Origin: Malacoraja senta
Taxonomy: Eukaryota
DNA: 64,000 nucleotides
Assembly (NCBI GenBank): GCA_038087875.1
Contig: CM075991.1
Coordinates: 8,124,001-8,188,000, forward strand
Direction: 5' to 3'
Shown: in pieces, positions 1 through 12,700 of the stretch
Layout: each line of letters begins with the position of its first letter
Numbering within the stretch: position 1 is the first letter of the stretch
Position numbers and translations under genes: made by a program
Notes under the pieces: generated by a model
The model's input: only the letters and a program-made list of their open reading frames with translations
Told to the model about the DNA's origin: nothing
The model's database searches: none

Positions 1-97
1 CGTAGGAGTTCGTAGATTACCACGATCTTGATTTTTTTTAATGTCCTTTAAACTCGGCAGAGGTTTTGAATTAAGTCGTGAAAGTGGGACAGGCCCT
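1..97. mobile_element. End of a PIF/Harbinger-like MITE inserted in a V-SINE
   Basis: Ends GTGGGACAGGCCCT followed by TAA and the SINE continuation ggcagcaactctacc. Confidence 0.7.
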
Positions 98-800
98 TAA
101 GGCAGCAACTCTACCGCTGCGCCACCGTGCCGTCCTAAAGAGTTCTAGCGGAGGTCTTCAAGCTGAACGCTGACCCTGTTTCTCTTTCCACGGAGTCTCC
201 ACATTATTTTCGGGTTTAATTTTTAAAATCCAGCATTTTCTTTTTTTTTTTAATTTTCCATAACTCCATCTACCAACTCCAAAACTGTTATCTTCGACGT
301 CCTCACCTAACAATGGGATGGTGAGAAACTGGAAATAACAGACATTGTGAGGAGGCACTTGATTTTGTTAGGTATGCGAGCTGGGGAGAGAACAATAGAT
401 CGTTTTCAATGTGCAATGTGACAATTCCTACACTCCATTGAAACATTGACATCTTTGTCCTGTATGTATTGAATAGGCTTATGGTGACGCTAACGCCCAC
501 CCCTTTAATTAGCTCATCAGATTCAGACTCTGTGTGGATTAGTTCTCTATTAACTTGTAAAGATCACATTTAGGAAACATCCTTTTGATGTGCTTTTCTT
601 ATGATAGATGTACAAAGGCAGCTGATAATAAAAAGCTCGCACTCTTATTGCAAACACTTGGCTACATTTATTAACATCCGAGCCTTAAGATTGTGAGATT
701 AGGTCCCAGTCAAAGAACTTAGTAACGTTCTAATTAAAATTTAGGCGCGGGAGCTCAGCTAGGAAGTGCTGCTGCCTTGCGACATACAACAGCCCTGATT

Positions 801-1175
801 TATAGACAATAGGAGCAGGAGTAGGCCATTCGGCCCTTCGAGCCAGCACCGCCATTCAATGTGATCATGGCTGATCATCTCCAATCAGTACCCCATTCCT
901 GCCTTCTCCCCATATCCCCTGACTCCGCTATTTTTAAGAGCCCTATCTCTCTCTCTCTTGAAAGCATCCAGAGAACCAGCCTCCAACACCCTCTGAGGCA
1001 GAGAATTCCACAGACTCACCACTCTCTGTGAGAAAAAAGTGTTTCCTCGTCTCCGTTCTAAATGGCTTACACCTTATTCTTAAACTGTGGCCCCTGGTTC
1101 TGGACTCCCCCAACATCGGGAACATGTTTCCAGCCTCTAGCGTGTCCAAGCACTTAACAATCTTTTATGTTTCAA
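801..1175 (-). mobile_element. CR1 LINE 3' end
   Basis: GESRTRGHSLRIR...F..RVV motif, CR1 3'UTR and tail. Confidence 0.85.
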
Positions 1176-1533
1176 ATATGATTTGTTCCTGATCTCCATA
1201 GTCATAGAGTGATACAGCGTGCCCTTTGGCCCAACTTGCCCACACCGGCCAACATGCCCCAGCTACATTAGTCCCACCTGCCTGTGTTTGGTCCATATCC
1301 CTCCAAACCCATCCTATATCCAGTGCTGCCTGTGATGTTTGCGTGTTCTTCTTGTGGAGTTTGCGCGGTTTTCATATGATCCTCCAGTTTAAGAATATAA
1401 GAGAAAATAAGAGCAGGAGAGTTTTTATTTTTAGTTTTAGAGATACAGCGCGGAAACAGGCCCTTCGGCCCACTGGGTGCGCGCCAACCAGCGATCCCCG
1501 CACATTAACACTAGGGACAAATGTTTACATTTA

Positions 1534-1716
1534 AGGGCCTGTCCCACTTTCACGACCTAATACACGACCTTTTTTACTCGTGGACATTTTTCATCATGTT
1601 GAAAAAACTTCCCGACCTACTTGATGCAACGAGTACCTACGACTAGCATCACGACCTGCTACGACCTACCTACGACCTCGTGACGACCATGCTGTGAGTA
1701 TGAGTCAAGGGCAAAC
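1534..1716. mobile_element. Truncated PIF/Harbinger-like MITE
   Basis: tta|AGGGCCTGTCCCACTTTCACGACC; the internal sequence is the reverse complement of the 4873-5087 copy. Confidence 0.7.
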
Positions 1717-2455
1717 TACCTAAGCGAAATAAGAGGTGCTTTAGGAGGAGATGAGGAGGAATTTCTTTCGTCAGAGCGTGGTGAATCTGTGGAAGCTGTG
1801 GAGGGCGTCAACGGATATTTTTAAGGCAGAGATTGACATATTCTTTATTAGTAAGGGTGTCAGGGGTTATGGGGAGAAGGCAGGAGAATGGGGTTGAGAG
1901 AGAAAGATAGATCAGCCATGATTGAATGGTGGAGTAGACTTGATGGGCCGAATGGCCTAATAAAATTGTGAACTCTCCCCACCTTCTAGCAACATCGGGT
2001 CATGACATTGAGGCAGGACTGTGTTGTCAGCACTGCTGTCCTTCAACTGAAGATGTTGGCCTGAAGCCTGGCTGAATCCATTTTCTTTTGCAGGAAGAAG
2101 ATGAATAGGTTTAATGCGACCAGCATTAGGGGCGAGCAAATGGTGGAGACAGAAGCAATCTCTCAGCTTTAGACTTGGGGGCAATGGAACAGAAGGACAC
2201 ATGCTTTAACTGAACAAGTTGCTCCCAAAATGGCAACATAATTCCCTTAAATAGACACTGCATAGGGAGGTAGAAACAAGGAACTGCAGATGCTGGTTTG
2301 TAAAAAAAAGACACAAAGTGCTGGAGTAACTCAGCGAACCGCAGCATTGATGGACAGCATGGATACGTGACGTTTGGGTTGGGATCCTTCGTCAGACTGA
2401 TTGTGGTGGTGGGGAAAGAAAGTTGGAAGAGAGTTGGAACATTGGATGGTTGTGT

Positions 2456-2547
2456 AGTTATCTATCTATCTATCTATCAACCTATCTACCCATCTATCCA
2501 TCTATCCATCTATCCATCTAACCATCTACCTACCCATCTACCTATCC

Positions 2548-2618
<71 letters not shown>

Positions 2619-2677
2619 CATCTATCCATCTATCCATCTATCCATCTATCCATCTATCCATCTATCCACCCACCTAC

Positions 2678-2754
<77 letters not shown>

Positions 2755-2801
2755 CATCTATCCATCTATCCATCTATCCATCTATCCATCTATCCACCCA
2801 C

Positions 2802-2886
<85 letters not shown>

Positions 2887-2929
2887 CATCTATCCATCTA
2901 TCCATCTATCCATCTATCCACCCACCTAC

Positions 2930-2969
<40 letters not shown>

Positions 2970-3044
2970 ATATCTATCTATCTATCTATCCATCTATCCA
3001 TCTATCCATCTACCCACCTACCCACCTATCTATCTATCTATCTA

Positions 3045-3085
<41 letters not shown>
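2456..3085. repeat. Compound (TATC)n/(CATC)n/(TGTC)n microsatellite
   Basis: Visible directly. Confidence 0.97.
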
Positions 3086-3087
<2 letters not shown>

Positions 3088-4872
3088 TCATTAATTAATT
3101 CATTCCTTCATTTACTCATTCATCCACTCATTTGTTTTTTGAAGTCTGAATGTCACTGGCAAGGACAGCTTTTATTGTCCATCCCTAACTGTCCACGAGA
3201 AGGTGGGAGGTGAGCTCTCAGAGAAAACCCACGCAGGTCACGGGGAGAACGTGTAAAAACTCCCTGCTACAGGCAACACCCGTGGTCAGGATCGAACCTG
3301 GGTCTCTGGCGCCGCCCTGTGGGATCTACACGAGGGAGCTGGTGGGCTTTGGTTTGAGGGGGCGATACAGAAGGCATCTTCCTCCACAGTCAGCCTAGAT
3401 TACAGAGCTTGCCCAAGGAGAAAGACAGAAAGAATGTTCTGATGAAGGGGGAGGAAAGCTGCCCGCTGAGTAACAGTAGACATGATTGAACGTAATAACC
3501 TTGGCTTATCGTAGATAAATGGCAGAAATATATTTTTGTGCAACTCGGCTTAATAAAGTGGAAATGATTTGGTAACCGACTGACTTGGAACAGCACAGAG
3601 GGAAGTGTAGACCAAATTCAGTCGTCAGCGTGCAAAAAATAGGTGTGTGATGCTCAACTATCAGTGACAGCTGATGGAGAATATTTTTAACGGATGCTTT
3701 GACAATGGTATTGTGTTAATATGGGAGATAGAGCAAGGGAGCGAGAGAGCGAGGGAATGTGAGAGAGAGAAAGAGTGAGCGAATGAGTGAGAGACAGTGG
3801 GAGAAAGAGGGAGAGTGAGATAGAGAGTGAGAAAGAGAGAGAGAGAGAGAGAGAGCGTGAGATTAGGTACGTCACATAGGTTGGCATGGAAAATGGATAC
3901 GAAAGAAGAAGAAGAATGGTGGCCAAAAAAGCTTTCGGTACTTTGGCCTTCACCAGTCAGAGCATTGAGCATAGAAGTTGGGAGGTCATGTTGCAGTTGT
4001 ATAAGTTGTTGATAAGGCTGCGTTTAGAGTATTCTGTTCAGTTTTGGGTGCCGTGTTATAGGAAACGTGTTCAGCAATGGTTCAAATAATGTCCAGAGGC
4101 ATCAACACAAAACAGGCAAATATAGAGGAATATTCTCCCAGTTTTAATAAGATTTGGCGATTCCATCAAGCATCTGTTCATGTACTGTATTTCCTGGTCT
4201 GTTTAAACATTGCAGTGATTAATTGGATTCATTAGATCATCATTTAACAATCTCCCGATGCTGTGTAAATGTAGGTTCACTAAAGAATGGATCTCAGTTA
4301 ATTAAGACAACATTAATATCAATCGAGTCAGACATATTTAATATAAAAATTAAATCTAATATTTATTTGGTACCAATAGACTCCAGAGTTAGACTCCAGG
4401 CTGCTGTTAGATTTCTAGGCGTGTTGCAGGGCATTGTTTCGTGCTATGAATAATCTTGCAGAGGCGACTGCTACACTTTGTTCATCTTCCTCCAGCCTTG
4501 ATGGATTGCTGCAATCCTGGCTCTGTTGCAAGTCGCCCCTGTTTTCTGAACGTGATAGTGCTTAAGGAATGCTTGGACTAAGCAAGCGTACTAGAGGGAT
4601 TTCAGCCGCCATCCGAGGAGGGAACTGGAAGACCAGGACTGCCTTCATCAGTCACTGTATAGAGTATAGAAGTCGGGAGATCATTGTTGCAGTTGTATAA
4701 AGAGCCTGTCCCACTTAGGCAATTTTTTAGGCGATTAGACTGTTGCCACTAATATTCGTCAGGGCACACTGCAAACCCCAATTGATGTGAATTAATTTGT
4801 GAATAGCGGAGAAGGGGTAGGAATAAATAAGTGAAAACTTCCTCCTACTCCTTTACAAACATGTAAGATTAA

Positions 4873-5087
4873 AGGACCTGTCCCACTTTCACCACCTAAT
4901 TCACGACCTCTGCCGAGTTTGCCCTTGACTCATACTCGCAGCATGGTCGTCACGAGGTCGTAGGTAGGTCGTAGCAGGTCATGATGCTAGTCGTAGGTAC
5001 TCGTGGCATCAAGTAGGTCGGGGCGTTTTTCTAGCCTGATGAAAAATGTCCACAAGTAAAAAAGGTCGTGAATTAGGGACAGGCCCT
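4873..5087. mobile_element. PIF/Harbinger-like MITE (empty-site copy of the family at 5350)
   Basis: taa|AGGACCTGTCCCAC ... GGGACAGGCCCT|taa; the right end is locally duplicated. Confidence 0.75.
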
Positions 5088-5349
5088 TAAATTAGGGACA
5101 GGCCCTTAAATTTGTGATGATTCTATGAATTGTGTATAGATTTATTGTTCTTCATTTTATTGTTATTTTGCTTTGGTTTTAACTTTTTTTGTTTTACATG
5201 TTTGAAATAAAATATATATCAAAAAAACATATCAACCTCCAAAACCTTACAGGTTTCACCAGAACCTTGCAGCTGGGACTGTACACTGGCACCAAAATGG
5301 CGCCTCTTGCATTGGGTCTTGGTGGGCCACTCTTTACGTACTGCACTAA

Positions 5350-5884
5350 AGGGCCTGTCCCACTTTCACGACCTAATTCACAACCTCTGCCGAGTTTGAC
5401 CTTGACTCAAGGGCCTGTCCCACTGTACGAGGTAATTCAAGAGTTCTCCCGGGTTTCCCCTGATTCGAACATGGAGATTTACGGTAATAGCCGTTCGTTG
5501 GTACTCGGGGCTCTCGTGGACATTTTTCAACATGTTGAAAAATCTTCACGAGTCTTCCCGAGCTTACCGCGTTTCCCGAGCCGCTAAGAGACGTCCCGAG
5601 CTCCAACGTATCCGCTACGTACATTCTACGTGCTGACCACGAGTTTGATTCATTTTTAAACTCGGGAGAGCTCTTGAGTTACCTCGTACAGTGGGACAGG
5701 CCCTTCATACTCGCAGCATGGTCGTCACGAGGTCGCAGGAGGTCGTAGGTAGGTCGTAGGAGGTTGTGATGCTAGTCGTAGGTACTCTTGGCATCAAGTA
5801 GGTCGGGGCGTTTTTCTAACCTGATGACAAATGTCCACGAGTAAAAAAGGTTGTGAATTAGGTCTTGAAAGTGGGACAGGCCCT
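5350..5884. mobile_element. PIF/Harbinger-like MITE containing a nested MITE
   Basis: TIR AGGGCCTGTCCCAC; TSD TAA at 5347-5349 and 5885-5887. Confidence 0.85.
5410..5704. mobile_element. Nested PIF/Harbinger-like MITE (second family)
   Basis: TIR AGGGCCTGTCCCACTGTACGAG; 3-bp TSD TCA at 5407-5409 and 5705-5707. Confidence 0.85.
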
Positions 5885-6061
5885 TAACCGGGATGACTGT
5901 GTTTATGTACAGGGATAGTCTTGAGGATCTGCATACAAAAAATGTCTATCACTGTACCTGACGATGAAGAAACCTCTCTCTCTCGCTCTGTTCTTCCATT
6001 TTGTTGTTGATGTTGGGCGGAATCATTCCTTGGTCACCAATCTTCCGTTGGTCTCCCGCAG

Positions 6062-6289
6062 GAAGTGATGTCGCTTGAAGACGAGACCACGTCCTGTTAC
6101 TGCCTGATGGACCTTCATTCCTGCCACATCCTACTGGAGCAACTTGGAACCTACGCCCTGGTGGGTGAGGCCCTCACGGGCTGCGCGGAGAAAAGGCTAA
6201 AACTGGCCGTATTTGGCCAGCTGTCCTGCAGTTCGCTGGAGTACGACCTCCGAGTGTATTGCGTGGATGATATCCCAAGTACGCTGCAG
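6062..6289 (+). CDS. UNC5D: UNC5D netrin receptor, internal coding exon (end of ZU5/start of UPA domain)
   Basis: ccgcAG|GAA GTG ATG ... CTG CAG|GTaagg, 228 nt, phase 0/0. Translates EVMSLEDETTSCYCLMDLHSCHILLEQLGTYALVGEALTGCAEKRLKLAVFGQLSCSSLEYDLRVYCVDDIPSTLQ, matching UNC5D (EVMSVEDESTSCYCLLD...). Confidence 0.93.
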
Positions 6290-6804
6290 GTAAGGTCTGG
6301 AGCTGGGAAGCTGTTGTTGCCTCCAATGGCCAAAAGTTTAGACAATAGACAATAGACAATAGGTGCAGGAGTAGGCCATTAGGCCCTTCGAGCCAGCACC
6401 GCCATTCAATGTGATCATGGCTGATCATCCCCAATCAGTACCCCGTTCCTGCCTTCTCCCCATATCCCCTGACTCCGCTATTTTTAAGAGCCCTATCTAG
6501 CTCTCTCTTGAAAGCAAGTTTAGTTGAAAGTTAGTTTAGTTCGTTGTCACGTCTACCAAAGCTGTTTTGCTTCGTGCTAACCAGTGGATATTTTTAAAGC
6601 AGAGATAGATAGATTTTTGATTAGTACAGGTATCAGAGGTTATGGGGAGAAGGCAGGAGAATGGGGTTAGATAAATCAGCCATGATTGAATGGCGGAGTA
6701 GACTTGATGGGCCGAATTGCCTAATTCCGTACTATCCCTTATAACCAGTCCATACACATGATTACAATCAAGCTGTCCACCGTATACATGTACAGGATAA
6801 AGGG

Positions 6805-7060
6805 ACTGTCCTTGAATCTGGAGGTGTGCGATTTCAAACTTCTGTGCCTCTTGCCTGATGGACGAGGGGAGAAGAGGGAGTGACCTGGGTGAGACTGGTC
6901 CTTGATTATGCCGGTGGCCTTGCCGAGGCAGCGTGAAGTGTGGAGGGAGTCAATGGAAGGGCGGTTGGTTTGTGTGATGGTCTGGGCTGCGTCCACAGTT
7001 CTCTGCAGTTTCTTGCGGCCTTGGACGGGGTTGTTCTTTTCACAATTCCGGTCTGCACCG
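6805..7060 (-). mobile_element. Rex1/Babar LINE C-terminal fragment
   Basis: IIKDQSHPGHSLFSPRPSGKRHRSLKSHTSRFKDS matches the Rex1/Babar DxSHPxxxLFxxLPSGRRYRS...RFxxSF end motif. Confidence 0.7.
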
Positions 7061-7804
7061 TCACACTCTGTGTCACCGTAAAATCAGGCTTCCGAAGGGC
7101 AGCACAGTGACGCAGCCGATGGGGCTTTTGTCTCCCAGCGCCGGAGACCCGGGTTCGATCCTGACCTCGGGTGCTGTCTGTGTGGAGTTTGCACCTTCTC
7201 CCTCTGACTGTGTGGGTTTCCTCCGGGCGATCCAGGTTACCTCGCAAGGGACGAGGGATTTGTTGACCATCTGTAAATTGGTCCTAGTTCGAAGGGAACG
7301 GATGAGAAAGTGGGACAACATAGAATTAGGATGAATGGGTCAGCATGGACTTTGTGGGCTGAAGGGCCTGTTTCCATGCTGTTTCTTCTACACTAAAACA
7401 AAAACTAAATGCCTCAGCACATTGATGCCGAGCCGGTGCTCTCGCCCTTTGCTCTTTGTCCTCTATCCGAGGATGGGCAGATGTTGCACTGTCAATGTCT
7501 GTCAGGTTATTAGCAGGAACGAGCACTGCACAGACTGCTTCATTGCTGCACTCCCCCCTTTTCTGCTTCTCTGAGCAGTCCCCTCAGAGTCGAGGAGGGC
7601 TTGCTTCTGTCAGAGATGTGTAGGTCCTGAGCTGGTGAAGGGCCCGGTGAGGAATCAGTGATTGCCGCCACAGATCGACCTCGACTCGGCGAGTGAGGAA
7701 AGTTCAGCTCTCGACCCGAAACGTCACCCATTCCTTCTCTCCAGAAGATGTGGCCTGTCCCCGCTGAGTTACTCCAGCATTTTGTGTCTTACCTTAAGCT
7801 GAGG

Positions 7805-8110
7805 TTTAGTTTAGTTTAGAGATACAGCGTGGAAACAGGCCCTTCGGCCCTACGAGTCCACACCGACCAGCGATGCCCGCACATTAACACTATCCTACAC
7901 ACACTAGGGATGATTTTATATTTATACCAAGCCAATTAACCTACAAACCTGTACGTCTTTGGAGTGTGGGAGGAAACCGGAGATCCCGGGGTAAACCCAC
8001 CCAGATCACGGGAAGAACGTATAAACTCTGTACAGACAGCTCCCGTAGTCGGGATCGAACCCAGGTCTCTGCGGCTGTTAGGCGGCAACTCTACCGCTGC
8101 GCCACCGTGA
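7805..8110 (-). mobile_element. HE1-type V-SINE (representative of dozens of copies in the window)
   Basis: tRNA-like head (GGTGGCGCAGCGGTAGAG...GGTTCGATCC), V-domain, CR1-derived tail ending in (AAACT)n. Confidence 0.85.
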
Positions 8111-8147
8111 CGCAGATATTAACGGTTGTGTTCTTTCTATCCCCCAG

Positions 8148-8297
8148 GAGGTGGTGACTGAAGAGAGAAACCAGGGAGGACATTTGTTGGCTGAGCCCGG
8201 AACGATACATTTCAAAGCAAACTCATATGGCCTTCAGATCTCCCTACTCGACATGCCCCAGTTCTTGTGGAGAGTTAAACCACTGACACTGTTTCAG
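8148..8297 (+). CDS. UNC5D: UNC5D coding exon (UPA domain)
   Basis: ccccAG|GAG GTG GTG ... TTT CAG|GTatt, 150 nt. [50 protein letters not shown]. Confidence 0.93.
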
Positions 8298-8867
8298 GTA
8301 TTTGTGGCTTGCTTCAGCAAAACTGATGAGCTATAGAGTCATGTGTAGGAAGGAACTGCAGATGCCGCTTTAAACCGAAGGTAGACACAAAAAGCTGGAG
8401 TAACTCAGCGGGGCAGGCAGCATCTCTGGAGAGAAGGAATGGGGCTCTCCCCGAAACGTCACCCAAACCTTCTCTCCGGAGACTGAAGGAAGGGTCTCGA
8501 CTCTTACGTAGTTTGTTTGTTTATATTATTCTTATAACAAATGTAAAGCACTTTGGCCAACAAGAGTTGTTTTTTAAATGTGCTATATAAATAAATGTGA
8601 CTTGACTCGAAACGTCACCCAGAGATGCTGCCTGCCCCGCTGAGTTACTCCAGCTTTTTGTGTCTATCTTCGAGTCAGAGTCGACAGCATGGAAACAGGC
8701 CCTTTGGAGTTGGATCCTGAGCTCTGCGTGAAGTTTACACATTCTCCCCGTCAGAGAACATGCAAGGTACCCGGGTTCAGGATGGAAGCTGGGCCTCTGG
8801 CGCTGTGAGTCAGCACCATGCCGCAAGACTGCTGCAAGTTGACTCCTCTTGAAACGGACAAATTCCA

Positions 8868-9050
8868 CCTTTCAGATCTCCCTGAGAGAGAGCTGGGGCT
8901 TGACATCTCATTTGGCAAACAGCACCTCCGACAGCTTAAGCACTTGTGTCAGTCAGCTTTATTTATGTGCTCAGGTCTCTCAAGTGAGGATTGAACTCAC
9001 GACCTTTGCATTCAGAAGCGAGCGTGCTATCTGCAGAGCCAAAGCTGCCA
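8868..9050 (-). mobile_element. Old DeuSINE (SacSINE1-like) 5' part
   Basis: Minus strand: GATAGCACGCTCGCTTCTGA...GAGTTCAATCC...GACCTGAGCACATAA...CTGTCGGAGGTGCTGTTTGCCAAATGAGATG, resembling a tRNA head plus Deu-domain. Confidence 0.65.
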
Positions 9051-9875
9051 CGAGAGTTTAATGTTAATCTACTCACTTGCATCTCTATCAATATCTGCAA
9101 ATATAACTGGAGAGGAAATTGATTAGTTTTAGTGCCGACATACCTTTTATATTGCTAATGTACTTTTAAATAATCCTGGCAAAGATGTATTATTTGAATA
9201 ACTTTGGCAACAGATTTAAAACCAACCAGCATCCATAATTATTAATTCATTTTCTTAGTATTATTTTGTCATTATCTTTTTAATTACTGCTGTAACCGTG
9301 GCAACAGTAGTTCCATTTGCTTCCAAGACCACTGGGATATTGTGTTATTAATGAATCATGAACTTTGCAGAGCTGTTTATATGAAACAACTAAGATGCAC
9401 ACACTGCTGATAATGATCTGAATCCTGGGGGTGGATTATGGAGCTACTTTAACAGGCAATTGAGGTGAATCTTGAGATGGCAAAGGTTGGGATTCAGCTC
9501 AAGGCAGCCAACATCATGCCGGATTGTTTAGGGTCACAGAGACATCTAGCGTGGAAACAGGCCCTTCGGCCCAACTTGCCCGCGCCGACCAACATGTCCC
9601 ATCTCTACAAGTCCCACCAGCCTGCATTTGGCCCCATATCCCTCTATACCTGTCCTATCCATGTACCCGTCTAAATGTTCCTTAAATGTTGCGATAGTCC
9701 CTGCCTCAACTACCTCCTCCGGCAGCTCGTGATATATACACGCAACCCTTTGTGTAAAAACATTACCCCCTCAGGTTCCTATTAAATCTTTCCCCCTCAC
9801 CTTAAACCCATGCCCTCTGGTTCTCGATTTCCCCTACTCTGGGCAAGGGACTCTGTGCATCTACCCGATCTATTC

Positions 9876-10325
9876 ATAGATACATAGATACATAGAAAAT
9901 AGGTGCAGGAGTAGGCCATTCGGCCCTTCGAGCCTGCACCGCCATTCAATATGATCATGGCTGATCATCCAACTCAGTATCCCGTACCTGCCTTCTCTCC
10001 ATACCCCCTGATCCCTTTAGCCACAAGGGCCACATCTAACTCCCTCTTAAATATAGCCAATGAACTGGCCTCAACTACCCTCTGTGGCAGAGAGTTCCAG
10101 AGATTCACCACTCTCTGTGTGAAAAAGTTTTTCCTCATCTCGGTCTTAAAGGATTTCCCCCTTATCCTTAAGCTGTGACCCCTTGTCCTGGACTTCCCCA
10201 ACATCGGGAACAATCTTCCTGCATCTAGCCTGTCCAACCCCATAAGAATTTTGTACGTTTCTATAAGATCCCCTCTCAATCTCCTAAATTCTAGCGAGTA
10301 TAAGCCAAGTCTATCCAGTCTTCAT
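9876..10325 (-). mobile_element. Young CR1 3' end nested in an older CR1
   Basis: RGDLIETYKIL...RTRGHSL...FFTQRVVNLWNSLP...GYGEKAGTGY; older CR1 sequence on both sides (~9545-10580). Confidence 0.9.
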
Positions 10326-12380
10326 TCCTCACATGATTTTGTACACCTCTATAAGATTACCCCTCATCATCCTGCGCTCCAAGGAATAGAGTCCGAGAGT
10401 CAACCTCTCCCTATAGCTCATACCCTCGAGTCCTGGCAACATCCTCGTAAATCTTCTCTGTATCCTTTCCAGCTTGACAACATCTTTCCTATAACTTGGT
10501 GGTCAGAACTGAACACAATACTCTAAACATGTCTTCACAACATCTTATATAAATGCAACATGACCTCCCAACTTCCATACCCAATACGTGTAGGAAAGAA
10601 CTGCAGATGCTGGTTTAAAATCGAAGGTGGAAACAAAATGCTGGAGTAACTCAGTGGTACAGGCGGCATCTCTGGAGAGAAGGAATGGGTGACGTTTTGG
10701 GTCGAGACCCTTCTTCAGACTGATGACCCTTGACATATACACTGTCTGATGAAGGCCAATGTGTCAAAAACCATTTTGACCACCCTGTCTACCTATGACG
10801 CCACTTTCAAGGAACTATGTACCTGTACTAAGATTCCTCCGCTCTACAACACTCCCCAGAGCCCTGGTTACATCCCGAATAAAAGCATGAAAGCACGTAT
10901 CACCAGATTCATGAACAGCTTCATCCCCGCTGTCAATAGAACCACTGAACGATCCTCTCATCAAATAAGGTATAATCCTGATCTTCCAACCTACCTCATT
11001 GTAGCTTTTTTTTTAAATCTGCACTTTCTCGCACACGGCCAGATTCAGGGACAGTTTGTTCCCAGGTGTTATCAGGCAACTGAATCATCCCACCACAACC
11101 AGAGAGCAGTGCTGAACTACTGTCTACCTCATTGGTGACCCTCGGACTATCCTTGCTGGCTTTCCCTTGCACTAAACGTTATTCCCTTATCACGTACAGT
11201 ATCTATACACTGTAAATGGATCGATCGTCATCATGTATTGTTTTTCCGCTGACTAGTTAACGCAACAAGAAGCTTTTCACTGTACCTCGGTACACGTGAC
11301 AATAAACTAAACTGAACCACAACTCAGCTGGCTGAATTTTAGTCATGATTGTACATTGAGAGCTGCTGCAATCACAAGCAATTGAAGTGCCAAGCCTATC
11401 GGACGTTAACTGCACATGAATATTTGATTTATATTAAAAAGGAATTGATTTAGTATGCGTGGGTAACTTTGCCACAGAGGTTCAAAGGCACAAATAATTT
11501 ATTAATTGCAAAAAAAATTACAATTACTGCATTCCCAAATTTCCACTGGTACTGGGAATTTGACGAGCTGCATTCGAGCATGTTTAGGAAGGAACTGCAG
11601 ATGCTGGTTTACACCGAAGATAGACACAAAATGCTGGAGTAACTCGGCGGGTCAGGCAGCATCTCTGGAGAGAAGGAATAGGTGGCGTTTCGGGTCGAGA
11701 CCCTTCTCCAGACTGAGGAGAGGGAAAGTAGAGGCATGACGAGGCACAAAGAACAAATGAGTGACAGCTATGAAAAGAACAAATCAAAGCCGGCAACGGT
11801 GATCAAGGAAAGGTGGAGCCCACAATGGTCCATTGTTGGCTGTGGAAAAGGTGATGACGAATGGATAGTAACAGTGAAACTAAGCTGTTCGGCAGTGAAA
11901 CTAGTCAGACAACTAGGGTGGGGGGGGGGGGGAACGGAGAGAGAGGGAATGCAAAGGTTACTTGAAATTAGAGAAATCAATATTCACACTGCTGGCTTGA
12001 AAGCTGGACGTGCTGTTTCTCCAATTTGCACATGTCAAATTTGTACGAAATTTTGAACAAAAGGCTGGATGGACACATCATGTGGGAATTATTTGATCTT
12101 TGCCCGTGACAAACCCTAACGCCTATTGCTGCCTTTCCAATACAGATTTATCCTGCCCATCAATTTTCTTTTCAATAATTTCCCTACCACTGAAGAAGTG
12201 CAACCACCTTTTTTTGTTCCCTGTCGCACTTCTATAATCAAGGGCCCACATTTTGTGATCCTCCAGTCATCCCACGCCACGTCTTCGCCCAGAGAAGATT
12301 TGAAATTTTATTTTGACCATGACCAGTGGGAGAGTCCAGGAACAGAGGCTATCGCCTCAGAATAAAAGGACGTACCGTTA

Positions 12381-12700
12381 AAGCCCTGTCCCACGGTACG
12401 AGTTCATTCCAAGAGCTCTCCCGAGTTTGCCCTGATTCGAACTCGGAGATTTACGGTAATGGCCGCTCGTCGGTACTCGGGGCTCTCGTGGACATTTTTC
12501 AACATGTTGCAAAATCTTCACGAGTCTTCCCGAGCTTACCTGCCGTTAGCGAGTCTTCCCGAGTACCTGCCGTTAGCATTAAGAGACGTCCCCGAGCTCC
12601 GACGTACCCGCTACATTCATTCTCCGTGCTTACCACGAGTTTGATTTTTTTTTAACTCGGGAGAGCTCTTGGAATGAACTCGCACCGTGGGACAGGGCTA
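12381..12700. mobile_element. PIF/Harbinger-like MITE inserted in a CR1 3' fragment
   Basis: tta|AAGCCCTGTCCCACGG ... CCGTGGGACAGGGCTA|tta; CR1 sequence resumes on both sides. Confidence 0.85.

Noticed and set aside
2367..3098. 243-aa YLSI-repeat ORF
   Set aside because: Translation of a (TATC)n microsatellite.
5347..5887. piggyBac/Kolobok classification from apparent TTAA flanks
   Set aside because: Empty-site comparison shows 3-bp TSDs (TAA, TTA, TCA).
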